Source: an uncultured Candidatus Saccharibacteria bacterium (GTDB taxonomy: Bacteria > Patescibacteriota > Saccharimonadia > Saccharimonadales > EFPC-124). Taken from it: a stretch of 64,000 nucleotides of DNA. Both the position numbers and the translations under genes were made by a program. The stretch spans positions 2,378 to 66,377 of the forward strand of contig CBDDBE010000005.1 in the NCBI GenBank assembly GCA_965225085.1. The letters are read 5' to 3'. The number at the start of each line of letters is the position of its first letter. The stretch's first letter is position 1. A model generated the notes under the pieces. The model saw only the letters and a list, made by a program, of their open reading frames with translations. It had not been told where the DNA came from and made no database searches. Shown one piece after another: positions 44,737 through 52,780 of the stretch.

Positions 44737-46761
44737 TTATACCGAGGCAATCCTTGTCCAGTAGGCCGAAACCCCGGTCTGGCTGAGGCTGATAGATGAA
44801 ACAAGCATGTTCTCGGCAAACCCGCCAGTGCCTCCGCCAAATACAAAGTAGCTAGAGGTAATGGTTGTTGACACGCCAGTCTGTGTCAGTATTAGGTTGC
44901 CGTCGGCATAGACCGTCGCCGTGATGGTTGATCCGTTGGCGGCAAATACCACCCGCCAGGTGTGCGAGCCCGAGGGGTTAAAACCTACTGATGAATAGTT
45001 GGTCGAGACCCCGGAAGTGTTCGTTGATACTACTTGCACAAAATTATTAGACCAGGTTAGAAAGCGCACGATCAATGAGGGGCGAGCTAAGATACCTACG
45101 CTTCCTCCTGTACCACCGATTGCCGTTGTCGAGTTGGCTGTTGCGTCCAATACACCAAATCCAAATCCGTCAGCCGGTGTGCCACTTGCGGTAATGTTGG
45201 TGCTGAAGGTCGCATCGATGTAAGGGCTCGATATGGTACTTTTGTATACGATGTTGCCGACGCTGCCAGTTTGCGATGAGGTGGTGAGCGTCGCGGTTGT
45301 GCCATCGTTGGTAGCCACGCCGTTTGCTTGCCAGTTGCTGGTACTGAGTGAATTGGTGACTAGCTGCGTGCCGAGGGGGTCTTGGTTGGTGTTGGCCGAG
45401 GTGCATACATATAAACCGCTGCCGGATTTTGTGACCACTGCGCCGACAGCGTAACTGGTCGCGGAGCTCCATTCACCGCGGAATATCATGGCGCCACTAC
45501 TGCCGCTGACCTGGGTGTCGACGTAGCCCTTTGTGGCGGCGTCGGTTGTGAGCGTGGGGGTGGCGAGGTTGGTTATCTTTTGGGAGTTCAAGCTCACTGC
45601 GGCAGTGGGCGCGTTTGCTTGGTCTAGTCGTGGCATTGTATGGATATGTCCAGCATCGGCCGCTTTGCCGATCGCGCCTGCAGCCTGCGTTCCAAGCGGC
45701 GCAATATCGCTGGCCGTAGCATCTAGCTGCACGCCGGCTGCTGGCGTGGACCAAGTGGTTGCTGTGCTGCTGGTAGCGGTCAGGACTTGATTGGCTATTG
45801 GCGCGGAACCCGGCAGCGTAATGCCCGAGAGCTTAGCAACGGTTGGAGACGCTGCGGTGCCGCTCAGGTCGCCTGCAAGCTGTACCTTGCCTTTTGTGCT
45901 GGCCGTCGCGTCGGGCGTAGCGTTGCTATCTACGTAATTTTTCGTTGCGGCGTCGGCAGCGTTTGTCGGTGTTGGGACGATGACCTCGCCAGTGAATGTC
46001 TTGGTCCCACCGATACTCTGAGTAGTGGTGAGGTCGGCAAAGTTTTGCGTTGCTGATCCGGTACCACCCTGCGCAATAGGGAGGGGCGCTGCTAGGTGTG
46101 TGGCCACGACGGTAGGGTTAGGATAGCTTCCGCCCAAATCGCCAGTAGCTGTGCCATTTGGCGGTAGTGCGGTTGGGATTTGCCCAAAAGTTGCCGCATC
46201 CGTGGCTAGCGTGCCGTTGGCTAGGCTGGCTATCTTGCGCGAGTTCATGCTTACCGTGGCGGTCGGTGCTGCAACTTGGTCCAGACGCGGCATGGCGTGG
46301 ACATGGCCGGCATCGGCCGCCTTGCCAATCGATCCAGCAGCTTGCACGCCAAGCGGCGCAATGTCAGAAGCTGTTGCGTCCAGCTGGACCCCTGCGGCTG
46401 GTGTGGCCCATGTCGTTGTGCTGCTACTAGTGGCTGTCAGTACTTGATTGGCGCTCGGGGCTGAACCTGGCAGGCTGATGCCAGAAATTTTGGCAACGGT
46501 CGGATTGGGGAGTGTCCCTGATAGGTCGTTGCCTACGCTTGATCCTGGTTGCAGCGCACTGTCGGCGCTACCAAGGGACGTCTGGACCGGAGTGCTTAGG
46601 TCGCTTTTGGGGACCCCGCTTGAGGGTTTAATGTAGCCGCCCGCCGCTGATATTGCGCTGGTCTGGAGTGAGCCGTCGGAATTGTGGGAAACCTCAAGAA
46701 AGGTGTTAAGAACATCGCCCCAAACGCCGTTATCCGATCCCGGATTTGGAAGTCGCGCCAT
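44737..46761 (-). CDS. Tail-fibre-like protein B: shared N-terminal module, two ~115-aa repeat modules and a C-terminal ConA/LamG-like domain
   Basis: MARLPNPGSDNGVWGDVLNTFLEVSHNSDGSLQTS. Duplicated GKAADAGH(V/I)H(A/T)MPRLDQ modules. QSIGGTKTFTGEVIVP. FRGEWSSATSYAVGAVVTKSGSGLYV. No signal peptide. Confidence 0.7.
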   Translation of the reverse strand: MARLPNPGSDNGVWGDVLNTFLEVSHNSDGSLQTSAISAAGGYIKPSSGVPKSDLSTPVQTSLGSADSALQPGSSVGNDLSGTLPNPTVAKISGISLPGSAPSANQVLTATSSSTTTWATPAAGVQLDATASDIAPLGVQAAGSIGKAADAGHVHAMPRLDQVAAPTATVSMNSRKIASLANGTLATDAATFGQIPTALPPNGTATGDLGGSYPNPTVVATHLAAPLPIAQGGTGSATQNFADLTTTQSIGGTKTFTGEVIVPTPTNAADAATKNYVDSNATPDATASTKGKVQLAGDLSGTAASPTVAKLSGITLPGSAPIANQVLTATSSTATTWSTPAAGVQLDATASDIAPLGTQAAGAIGKAADAGHIHTMPRLDQANAPTAAVSLNSQKITNLATPTLTTDAATKGYVDTQVSGSSGAMIFRGEWSSATSYAVGAVVTKSGSGLYVCTSANTNQDPLGTQLVTNSLSTSNWQANGVATNDGTTATLTTSSQTGSVGNIVYKSTISSPYIDATFSTNITASGTPADGFGFGVLDATANSTTAIGGTGGSVGILARPSLIVRFLTWSNNFVQVVSTNTSGVSTNYSSVGFNPSGSHTWRVVFAANGSTITATVYADGNLILTQTGVSTTITSSYFVFGGGTGGFAENMLVSSISLSQTGVSAYWTRIASV
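45526..45870 (-). repeat. Intragenic repeat module 2 of protein B (residues ~298-412)
   Basis: DLSGTAASPTVAKLSGITLPGSAPIANQVLTATSS..GKAADAGHIHTMPRLDQ..DAATKGYVD, about 80% identical in protein to module 1. Confidence 0.7.
46183..46527 (-). repeat. Intragenic repeat module 1 of protein B (residues ~79-193)
   Basis: DLSGTLPNPTVAKISGISLPGSAPSANQVLTATSS..GKAADAGHVHAMPRLDQ..DAATFGQI. Confidence 0.7.
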
Positions 46762-46915
46762 ACAGTATCAAACCGCTCCTGCTAAATGTAATAGCTTTAG
46801 TATATATATTGGAAGGCGCTACTGCAATTTTTGAAATGTAGGCGTGTTATAAGTTAAAAATTGTGGTATAATATATTTGTCTAGAAATCCTAGGCAATGC
46901 TTCGAGGGGTAGAGT

Positions 46916-47386
46916 ATGTCTAGCCAGAAATACAGCTGCGAAGAGGTCCTGACTATCACCGTGAGCGGCCTCATGGGCACGGTCACAGTGAGCCATGTCG
47001 ACGGCATGGAAGGCATGAATGCCGACATTGGGGGCGACTTCGTGGCGGAAAAGATCGAAGCCTTCAAAGTGAGCATTCACCCCGCAGGCCAGCAGCCTCA
47101 ACGGCGGGCCAACAGTCTAGTCGTTCGCGGAGATGTGAGCGTCATGGCCGTAGGTTCGGGTTCGATCGCAGCCTTGAGCATCGATGGTCCAGTCACCATC
47201 GGTGGCGGCCGAGTGGTCGTTGGCGAGCCGACTCCGCAGCCTCCGCGGCGCATGGTCGAGGGCTCGATCAGCATCACCTGCGGCCCGGACTGCAGGGTTC
47301 GTCTGCTGGGATGCTTGGGAGACTACACTGGCCCGAACGGCCAGTCTGGTCGCATGTCGCCCGAGGACAACGTCCGTATCGACTGA
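46916..47386 (+). CDS. Hypothetical protein (156 aa)
   Basis: ORF track; TGgTATAAT-like extended -10 at about 46862; followed by a terminator. Confidence 0.4.
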   Translation: MSSQKYSCEEVLTITVSGLMGTVTVSHVDGMEGMNADIGGDFVAEKIEAFKVSIHPAGQQPQRRANSLVVRGDVSVMAVGSGSIAALSIDGPVTIGGGRVVVGEPTPQPPRRMVEGSISITCGPDCRVRLLGCLGDYTGPNGQSGRMSPEDNVRID

Positions 47387-47401
47387 GCCTTCGGGCTCGG
47401 T

Positions 47402-47424
47402 GGCCTCGCCCTAGCGGCGAGGCC
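47402..47424 (+). terminator. Rho-independent terminator (ggcctcgcc/ggcgaggcc followed by a T-run)
   Basis: Perfect 9-bp arms, 5-nt loop, then ttttcattttt. Confidence 0.55.
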
Positions 47425-47427
47425 TTT

Positions 47428-48258
47428 TCATTTTTGCGACTGGGGCACGAGGCTGCGTCGGTAATTGACGGGAGTGGCCCCGAGGACTTTTTTGAAGTCA
47501 GTAATAAAGTGTTGTTGGCTACTGTAACCGGCGTCGTAGGCGATGGCCGTCCAGTCAGGCCTGACCGTCGCGCGGATACTCTCGGCGGCTGCCAGGAGTT
47601 TTTGGCGCTGGAGTAACCATTTCAGGCCCACACCAATATAATCTTGAAAAAGCTGTTGTAGCCATCGCTCGCTCTTGCCATATGCATGGGCGACAGCTGC
47701 GACAGTTTGCAGATTTGGGTCGCTCTCTGTCGCGGCGATAATCTGGTTGATAAGCACAACATTGGTGTCCGACCGCGGCAACCTGGCGCGGAGTATCGGC
47801 AATAGCTGCTGAATTGCGGCTTGATCGCTTTTGTCCAGCAGCTCGGCCTGGAATGCGGCGTCTATCTCGGGAAAGACTTTAGTTAGGCCAATGACGGCAT
47901 CCTCGAGCTCGGCCATATTCCCGGGCCAAAAGCCATGAAAGGCCCCGGGCAGGAACCGCACGCCGATAATTCTGCCTCGCCCAGCTGCGGTATACGTTCG
48001 TTTGCCCCGGAACGTGCCTTGAATGCCCGACCAACCATCTGAAATAAACAGGTCGACATAGGGGCGATGCATGACTTGCATGGATTTATACGCTGGCCCT
48101 GATTCATTCCAGCTGAGTGTCCAAAAGTGCTCGAGCACAGCTGCTAGATCATCGGGCGGCAGATAGGTGTGAAACTCGACATGTTGGTCAAAGCCAGCCG
48201 GATCCAGATGACCGCGGGGATTTTTGCTTTCTGCGGATTTTTGTAATACATCACTCAT
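47428..48258 (-). CDS. AraC-family transcriptional regulator
   Basis: C-terminal HTH_AraC: ..VAHAYGKSERWLQQLFQDYIG.., IAYDAGYSSQQHFITDFKKVLGATPVNYRR. Confidence 0.8.
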   Translation of the reverse strand: MSDVLQKSAESKNPRGHLDPAGFDQHVEFHTYLPPDDLAAVLEHFWTLSWNESGPAYKSMQVMHRPYVDLFISDGWSGIQGTFRGKRTYTAAGRGRIIGVRFLPGAFHGFWPGNMAELEDAVIGLTKVFPEIDAAFQAELLDKSDQAAIQQLLPILRARLPRSDTNVVLINQIIAATESDPNLQTVAAVAHAYGKSERWLQQLFQDYIGVGLKWLLQRQKLLAAAESIRATVRPDWTAIAYDAGYSSQQHFITDFKKVLGATPVNYRRSLVPQSQK

Positions 48259-48308
48259 GCTTCTTTGTAGTATAAGCGAGTCAACAATCAACAGAAAGGA
48301 TTAACAAC

Positions 48309-48707
48309 ATGACACATCTATCACTTAAGGGCGTTGCGACTATCAGCATTTGGGCGGACAAGCATACGGAAGCGGTTGCATGGTATACCAAGCTGCTGGG
48401 TACTAAGCCATATTTTGAACGACCAGGCTACGTCGAATTTCGGCTGGGCGACAAGCAGACCGAGCTGGGGATTATCGACCGGGCCTACGCACCGCACATG
48501 ACGTTTCCAGATGGGCCATCCGGTGTCGTGCTATACTGGCACGTCGATGATATCAAGGGTGCATATGAGCTGGCCTTGAAACAAGGTGCCACTGAATTGC
48601 AGGCCCCTGAGGACCGCGGTCATGATTTTGTGACGGCGACGGTGGTTGACCCATTTGGCAATATTTTGGGCCTGATGCACAATCCACACTATCTCGAGAT
48701 GCGCTAG
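48309..48707 (+). CDS. VOC/glyoxalase-family protein
   Basis: ISIWADKHTEAVAWYTKLLG.., VVDPFGNILGLMHNP. Confidence 0.75.
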   Translation: MTHLSLKGVATISIWADKHTEAVAWYTKLLGTKPYFERPGYVEFRLGDKQTELGIIDRAYAPHMTFPDGPSGVVLYWHVDDIKGAYELALKQGATELQAPEDRGHDFVTATVVDPFGNILGLMHNPHYLEMR

Positions 48708-48715
48708 GCGACGGC

Positions 48716-49096
48716 ATGAGCAAATTGAATGAATTGCCAGTCGTACCTTTTGCGATAGCGCGCGACTTCGAGGCGTGGCTTGGGCGACATCACGCCTCGG
48801 AAGATGGCATATGGATAAAGATGGCCAAAAAAACGTCTGGCATTCCTTCGATTACGCACGATCAGGCATTGGACGTGGCGCTGTGCTATGGCTGGATCGA
48901 TAGCCAGCGCCTCGGTCGCGATGAGGTGTATTTTCTCCAAAAGTTCACCCCGCGCCGATCCCGCAGCCAATGGTCGGTGCGCAATGCCGGTAAGGTTGAG
49001 CAGCTCATCGCCACAGGGAAGATGCAGCAATCTGGACGTGCAGAAATCGAAGCGGCTATCCGTGACGGCCGATTGCATCTCGAACTTGACGGGTAG
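48716..49096 (+). CDS. YdeI/OmpD-associated family protein, apparently C-terminally truncated
   Basis: FEAWLGRHHASEDGIWIKMAKKTSGIPSITHDQALDVALCYGWIDSQR..FTPRRSRSQWS.. ends at ..AAIRDGRLHLELDG*. Family members, as I recall them, continue DGRW..AY plus about 60 aa more. Confidence 0.55.
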   Translation: MSKLNELPVVPFAIARDFEAWLGRHHASEDGIWIKMAKKTSGIPSITHDQALDVALCYGWIDSQRLGRDEVYFLQKFTPRRSRSQWSVRNAGKVEQLIATGKMQQSGRAEIEAAIRDGRLHLELDG

Positions 49097-49162
49097 GCCG
49101 AGGAAACGTTGCTTTCGTGGTATAGCATAAGGATTTATGTACTGGTACAATATCCAGTATAT

Positions 49163-50260
49163 ATGTCATTACTTTTTATCGACGGATTTGACGCCAAAGA
49201 TACCCTTACGAAATGGCAGCACTATTTCCCTAGTGGGCCGGGGGGTCTTTCGTATGGGGCGACGACGCGTTTTGGAACTGGTTATGCTGTCTCGACGGCT
49301 CCTACTGATTCGGGTGGGTATGGCGTTATTCGTACCTTTACGGCATCGTCGCAGGTGTTTGTCGGCGCAGCCGTGCAGAGCGGCTACGGAGGGTTCAATT
49401 ACGGTCCGCCGTTTCATATCTTGGCCGGGGATCAGTCGGCTACCTTCCATCTGTACCTTATGACTAACAATCTGGGTGCTGTGCAGCTGTGGCGTGGTGA
49501 TGGCCATTCGGGTAGTATTAGCTATCCGCAGTGGGTTCCAAACGGCACCATGCTGGCTACCAGCTCGAATGGCGTGTTGAATCCTAGCATTTGGCGATAT
49601 GTCGAGATGAGCGCAACAATTGATAGTTCGGTCGGCACTGTCCAGGTGCGGGTCGATGGTACGCAGGTTATTAACTTTACCGGCAATACCCGCAACGGCG
49701 GCACCTCTGCGACCATCGATACATTTATGATCAACTCACTGTCGTTGTACTACACGACGTTTAATATCTTTTATCCTGGCTCACCAGTTTATGATGACCT
49801 TTATGTGTGCAATAGCCTCGGATCTACCAACAACACCTTTCTGGGTGATGTCCGTGTGCAGACTTTGATGCCAAATGCGGCAGGTAGCAGTACTCAGTTG
49901 ACACCAACTGGTTCCGCCAACAATTATGCTAACGTATCAGAGGTGCCGGATAATATCGCTACCTATAATGCCTCGTCGACAATTGGCCAGCGTGATACGT
50001 ACGCGTTACCGGATCTGCTGGCTACTACAGGCTCGGTCTTTGGCGTGCAACAGATCATGACCGCCATGCGGGCAGACGCAGGTAGCGGCAGTATCAAGAC
50101 GGCCCAGAAATCTGGCGCGACTATTTCGTACGGCCCAGTACGTTCACTCGGCGCCGCACCCAACACATACGTTGAAATGTACGAGCAAAACCCCGCAACG
50201 TCGTCCGCGTATACGGTTTCGCAAGTCAATGGTTTGGAAGCTGGAGCCGAAATCGCGTGA
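49163..50260 (+). CDS. Jelly-roll (ConA-like) two-domain protein P1, paralog of P2
   Basis: MSLLFIDGFDAKDTLTKW.., WRYVEMSATIDSSVGTVQVRVDGTQVINFTGNT, GDVRVQTLMPNAAGSSTQLTPTGS, YNASSTIGQRDTY. No signal peptide. Confidence 0.65.
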   Translation: MSLLFIDGFDAKDTLTKWQHYFPSGPGGLSYGATTRFGTGYAVSTAPTDSGGYGVIRTFTASSQVFVGAAVQSGYGGFNYGPPFHILAGDQSATFHLYLMTNNLGAVQLWRGDGHSGSISYPQWVPNGTMLATSSNGVLNPSIWRYVEMSATIDSSVGTVQVRVDGTQVINFTGNTRNGGTSATIDTFMINSLSLYYTTFNIFYPGSPVYDDLYVCNSLGSTNNTFLGDVRVQTLMPNAAGSSTQLTPTGSANNYANVSEVPDNIATYNASSTIGQRDTYALPDLLATTGSVFGVQQIMTAMRADAGSGSIKTAQKSGATISYGPVRSLGAAPNTYVEMYEQNPATSSAYTVSQVNGLEAGAEIA

Positions 50261-50322
50261 GCAATCTAGATCTGCGAATGAGTTATTCTGTATCAGGTGG
50301 CGCCGCCAGGGAGCAAGGATAA

Positions 50323-51423
50323 ATGTCGCTATTATTCGTAGATGGTTTCGACACCAAAGACACGCCGACTAAGTGGCTGATAACGGGCACAGGTAATACG
50401 GGGTCGCTGAGTTTTTCTACGACGACACGGTTTGGGGCTGGCTCGGCTGTGTCTATGCCTTTTAGTAATAGCAATAGCCAAATCTACACCATCATGAAGT
50501 CATTTACGGCTTCATCGCAGATATTTATTGGTGCCGCAATTCAGCATGGCCGACTATCTAATTTGACGTATAGCCCGCCGTATCATGTACTATTGGGCGA
50601 CGGTGGCCAAACGGCACACTTATATTTGCTGACTACGAATTCTGGCAGTATCCAGCTGTATAGGGGCAGCGGAGTGCGCGCATCGGCAAACGGCGGTCAG
50701 TGGATTCCGAACGGCACCATGATCGCATCGAGCGCGGGCGGGGTAATGGATTCGGGCTGGCACTACGTGGAAATGTCGGCAACCATCCATCCGTCAGCGG
50801 GCAGCGTCGTAGTAAAAATCGATAACACGCAGGTTCTTACCTTCGCTGGCAATACCCAGAATGGTGGGACTAACCTTACGATCGATTCTGTGGCATACTC
50901 CGGCATGTCCGCAACTGACTTTATTGTGAGTTTACCAATTGGGTCTCCGGTCGTTGACGATTTGTATATCTGCAATAGCCTGGGCACGGTTAACAATACA
51001 TTTATAGGTGACGTCCGCGTGCAGACACTTTTGCCAACTGGCGCCGGCGCCTCTACCCAACTAACGCCGACGGGTAGCGTGAACAACTGGGCAAATGCCG
51101 CGGATGTGCCGGACGACACCACGACGTATAACGCTTCATCGACAATCGGGCAGCGCGATACGTACGTTATGTCTGACCTTGCGGCCACCACCGGGCAGAT
51201 TTTTGGAGTCCAGAGTAATCTGCACGCTTCGAAGCCCGATGCTGGAGCGGCAAACATCAAAGCCGCGTACAAGTCTGGGGCGACTGTCTACTATGACGCC
51301 TCCCGGACAATCGGAACAACAAATGAAGCGTACCAGGCTGTTCGCGAAACGGATCCGCTTACCTCGTCGGCCTGGACCACGTCGACTGTTAACGGCTTGG
51401 AATTTGGAGCTGAGGTTGCATGA
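50323..51423 (+). CDS. Jelly-roll (ConA-like) two-domain protein P2, paralog of P1
   Basis: MSLLFVDGFDTKDTPTKW.., WHYVEMSATIHPSAGSVVVKIDNTQVLTFAGNT, GDVRVQTLLPTGAGASTQLTPTGS, YNASSTIGQRDTY. Confidence 0.65.
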   Translation: MSLLFVDGFDTKDTPTKWLITGTGNTGSLSFSTTTRFGAGSAVSMPFSNSNSQIYTIMKSFTASSQIFIGAAIQHGRLSNLTYSPPYHVLLGDGGQTAHLYLLTTNSGSIQLYRGSGVRASANGGQWIPNGTMIASSAGGVMDSGWHYVEMSATIHPSAGSVVVKIDNTQVLTFAGNTQNGGTNLTIDSVAYSGMSATDFIVSLPIGSPVVDDLYICNSLGTVNNTFIGDVRVQTLLPTGAGASTQLTPTGSVNNWANAADVPDDTTTYNASSTIGQRDTYVMSDLAATTGQIFGVQSNLHASKPDAGAANIKAAYKSGATVYYDASRTIGTTNEAYQAVRETDPLTSSAWTTSTVNGLEFGAEVA

Positions 51424-52724
51424 GTTATCTTTCGGAGCAGAATACTGACACTCCCATTGACCGGTGGAAGTTTGAGGAGACTTCCGGCACGACTATTGCC
51501 GATGATATTGCCTCCACTCACAATGGCACTACCAACGGCACGGTTACTCTCAATCAGCTGCCGCAGTTCGTCGGTAGCAATCTCGGCGCCAATTTCGACG
51601 GAACGAGCGCCTATGTGAGCTTTACTAATGCCTCGGGCTTACTCGGTATAGGTACGATCGAAGCCGTAGTTCAATTCACAGCCGTTGCATCAACTGCTGA
51701 TATAATATTTACGCATGCTTTCACCGGAGGGATACTGCCTTTAGTGCTGGGGACCAATCTTGATGGAGGCCACTCGGGTTTGCTGCAGATTGGTTACTAT
51801 ACGGGCAGCGTTTGGCAGACTTCGACCTGGTCGACTGCCCCGTCTTTGAACACGCCTTATCATTTGGTGGGCACGTACAATGGCACAGCGCTAACGCTGT
51901 ATGTAAACGGTAGCCAAGTTGCCACTTCCAACCCGGCAACGGCTCGGCCAGGCTCAGGAACCATTGATAATACGGGCTATATAGGGCGCCGATGGGATCT
52001 TACCCAATACCATAATGGGCTTATTTGGGACGTGGCACTTTACAGTGGTGCGCTTTCTAGCGGAAGGGTCACGGCGCATTATAACGCCCTCGCCAATGTT
52101 TTTGCTGACAACTTTGCGAATGCCGGGGACCTCGGGGTCGGCGGCAATATAACCGGAGTCAATACTACCGGTTGGACCACCGAAGGCAGCGAGCCTGGTA
52201 GCATGTCGCACACTGGGTGGGCAACATTTACACCGACGTCAACGCGGCAATACCGAGTATCGACCGTTGGCTCAAATTTTGACACGCTGCTTGCGATATA
52301 TACAGGCACGGCACTCAACAACCTTGTACTGGTCGCATCGGATGATAATTCCGGTGGCTCAAATACGTCATTGATCGAGGCGACGCTGACTTCCGGCACA
52401 ACGTATTATGTGCAGGTCGGCGCACAGCCGGCCGGTTCGGGTGGAACGCTTAGTTTTAGCCTGGCTCAGGCGGCGACCTCAGCGGTAACGGCCGCATATA
52501 TAGAGGCCACGAGCACTCCGAGCACCACCGCACGACAACTGTCGGCTGCGTATGTGGACGCGGCAACTATTCCAACGTTAACGTCCAGACAACTGTCCGC
52601 AGCCTATATCGAGGGCACAACCATTCCGGCGCTTTCCGTCCGCCAAGTTACAGCAGCCTATATCGAGGTATTGACGCCTAGTGTTTACAGCAGGCCCTTT
52701 GTCGGATGGGGTGTACCGCTGTAG
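51420..52724 (+). CDS. LamG (Laminin_G_3) domain, PPC-like domain and C-terminal AAYIE repeats
   Basis: WKFEETSGTTIADDIASTHNGTTNG.., YHLVGTYNGTALTLYVNGSQV.., IWDVALYSGALSSGRVTAHY. Then WATFTP..FDTLLAIYTGT..ASDDNSGG..TYYVQVG. ATGA overlap with P2. Confidence 0.7.
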   Translation: MSYLSEQNTDTPIDRWKFEETSGTTIADDIASTHNGTTNGTVTLNQLPQFVGSNLGANFDGTSAYVSFTNASGLLGIGTIEAVVQFTAVASTADIIFTHAFTGGILPLVLGTNLDGGHSGLLQIGYYTGSVWQTSTWSTAPSLNTPYHLVGTYNGTALTLYVNGSQVATSNPATARPGSGTIDNTGYIGRRWDLTQYHNGLIWDVALYSGALSSGRVTAHYNALANVFADNFANAGDLGVGGNITGVNTTGWTTEGSEPGSMSHTGWATFTPTSTRQYRVSTVGSNFDTLLAIYTGTALNNLVLVASDDNSGGSNTSLIEATLTSGTTYYVQVGAQPAGSGGTLSFSLAQAATSAVTAAYIEATSTPSTTARQLSAAYVDAATIPTLTSRQLSAAYIEGTTIPALSVRQVTAAYIEVLTPSVYSRPFVGWGVPL

Positions 52725-52737
52725 CACCAAATAATAC

Positions 52738-52756
52738 AGGCGGCACCGTGCCGCCT
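52738..52756. terminator. Stem-loop between convergent genes (aggcggca/tgccgcct)
   Basis: 8-bp arms, 3-nt loop, A-run before and T-rich sequence after. Confidence 0.45.
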
Positions 52757-52780
52757 ATATTTCCTCGTAAAAGCTATTCC

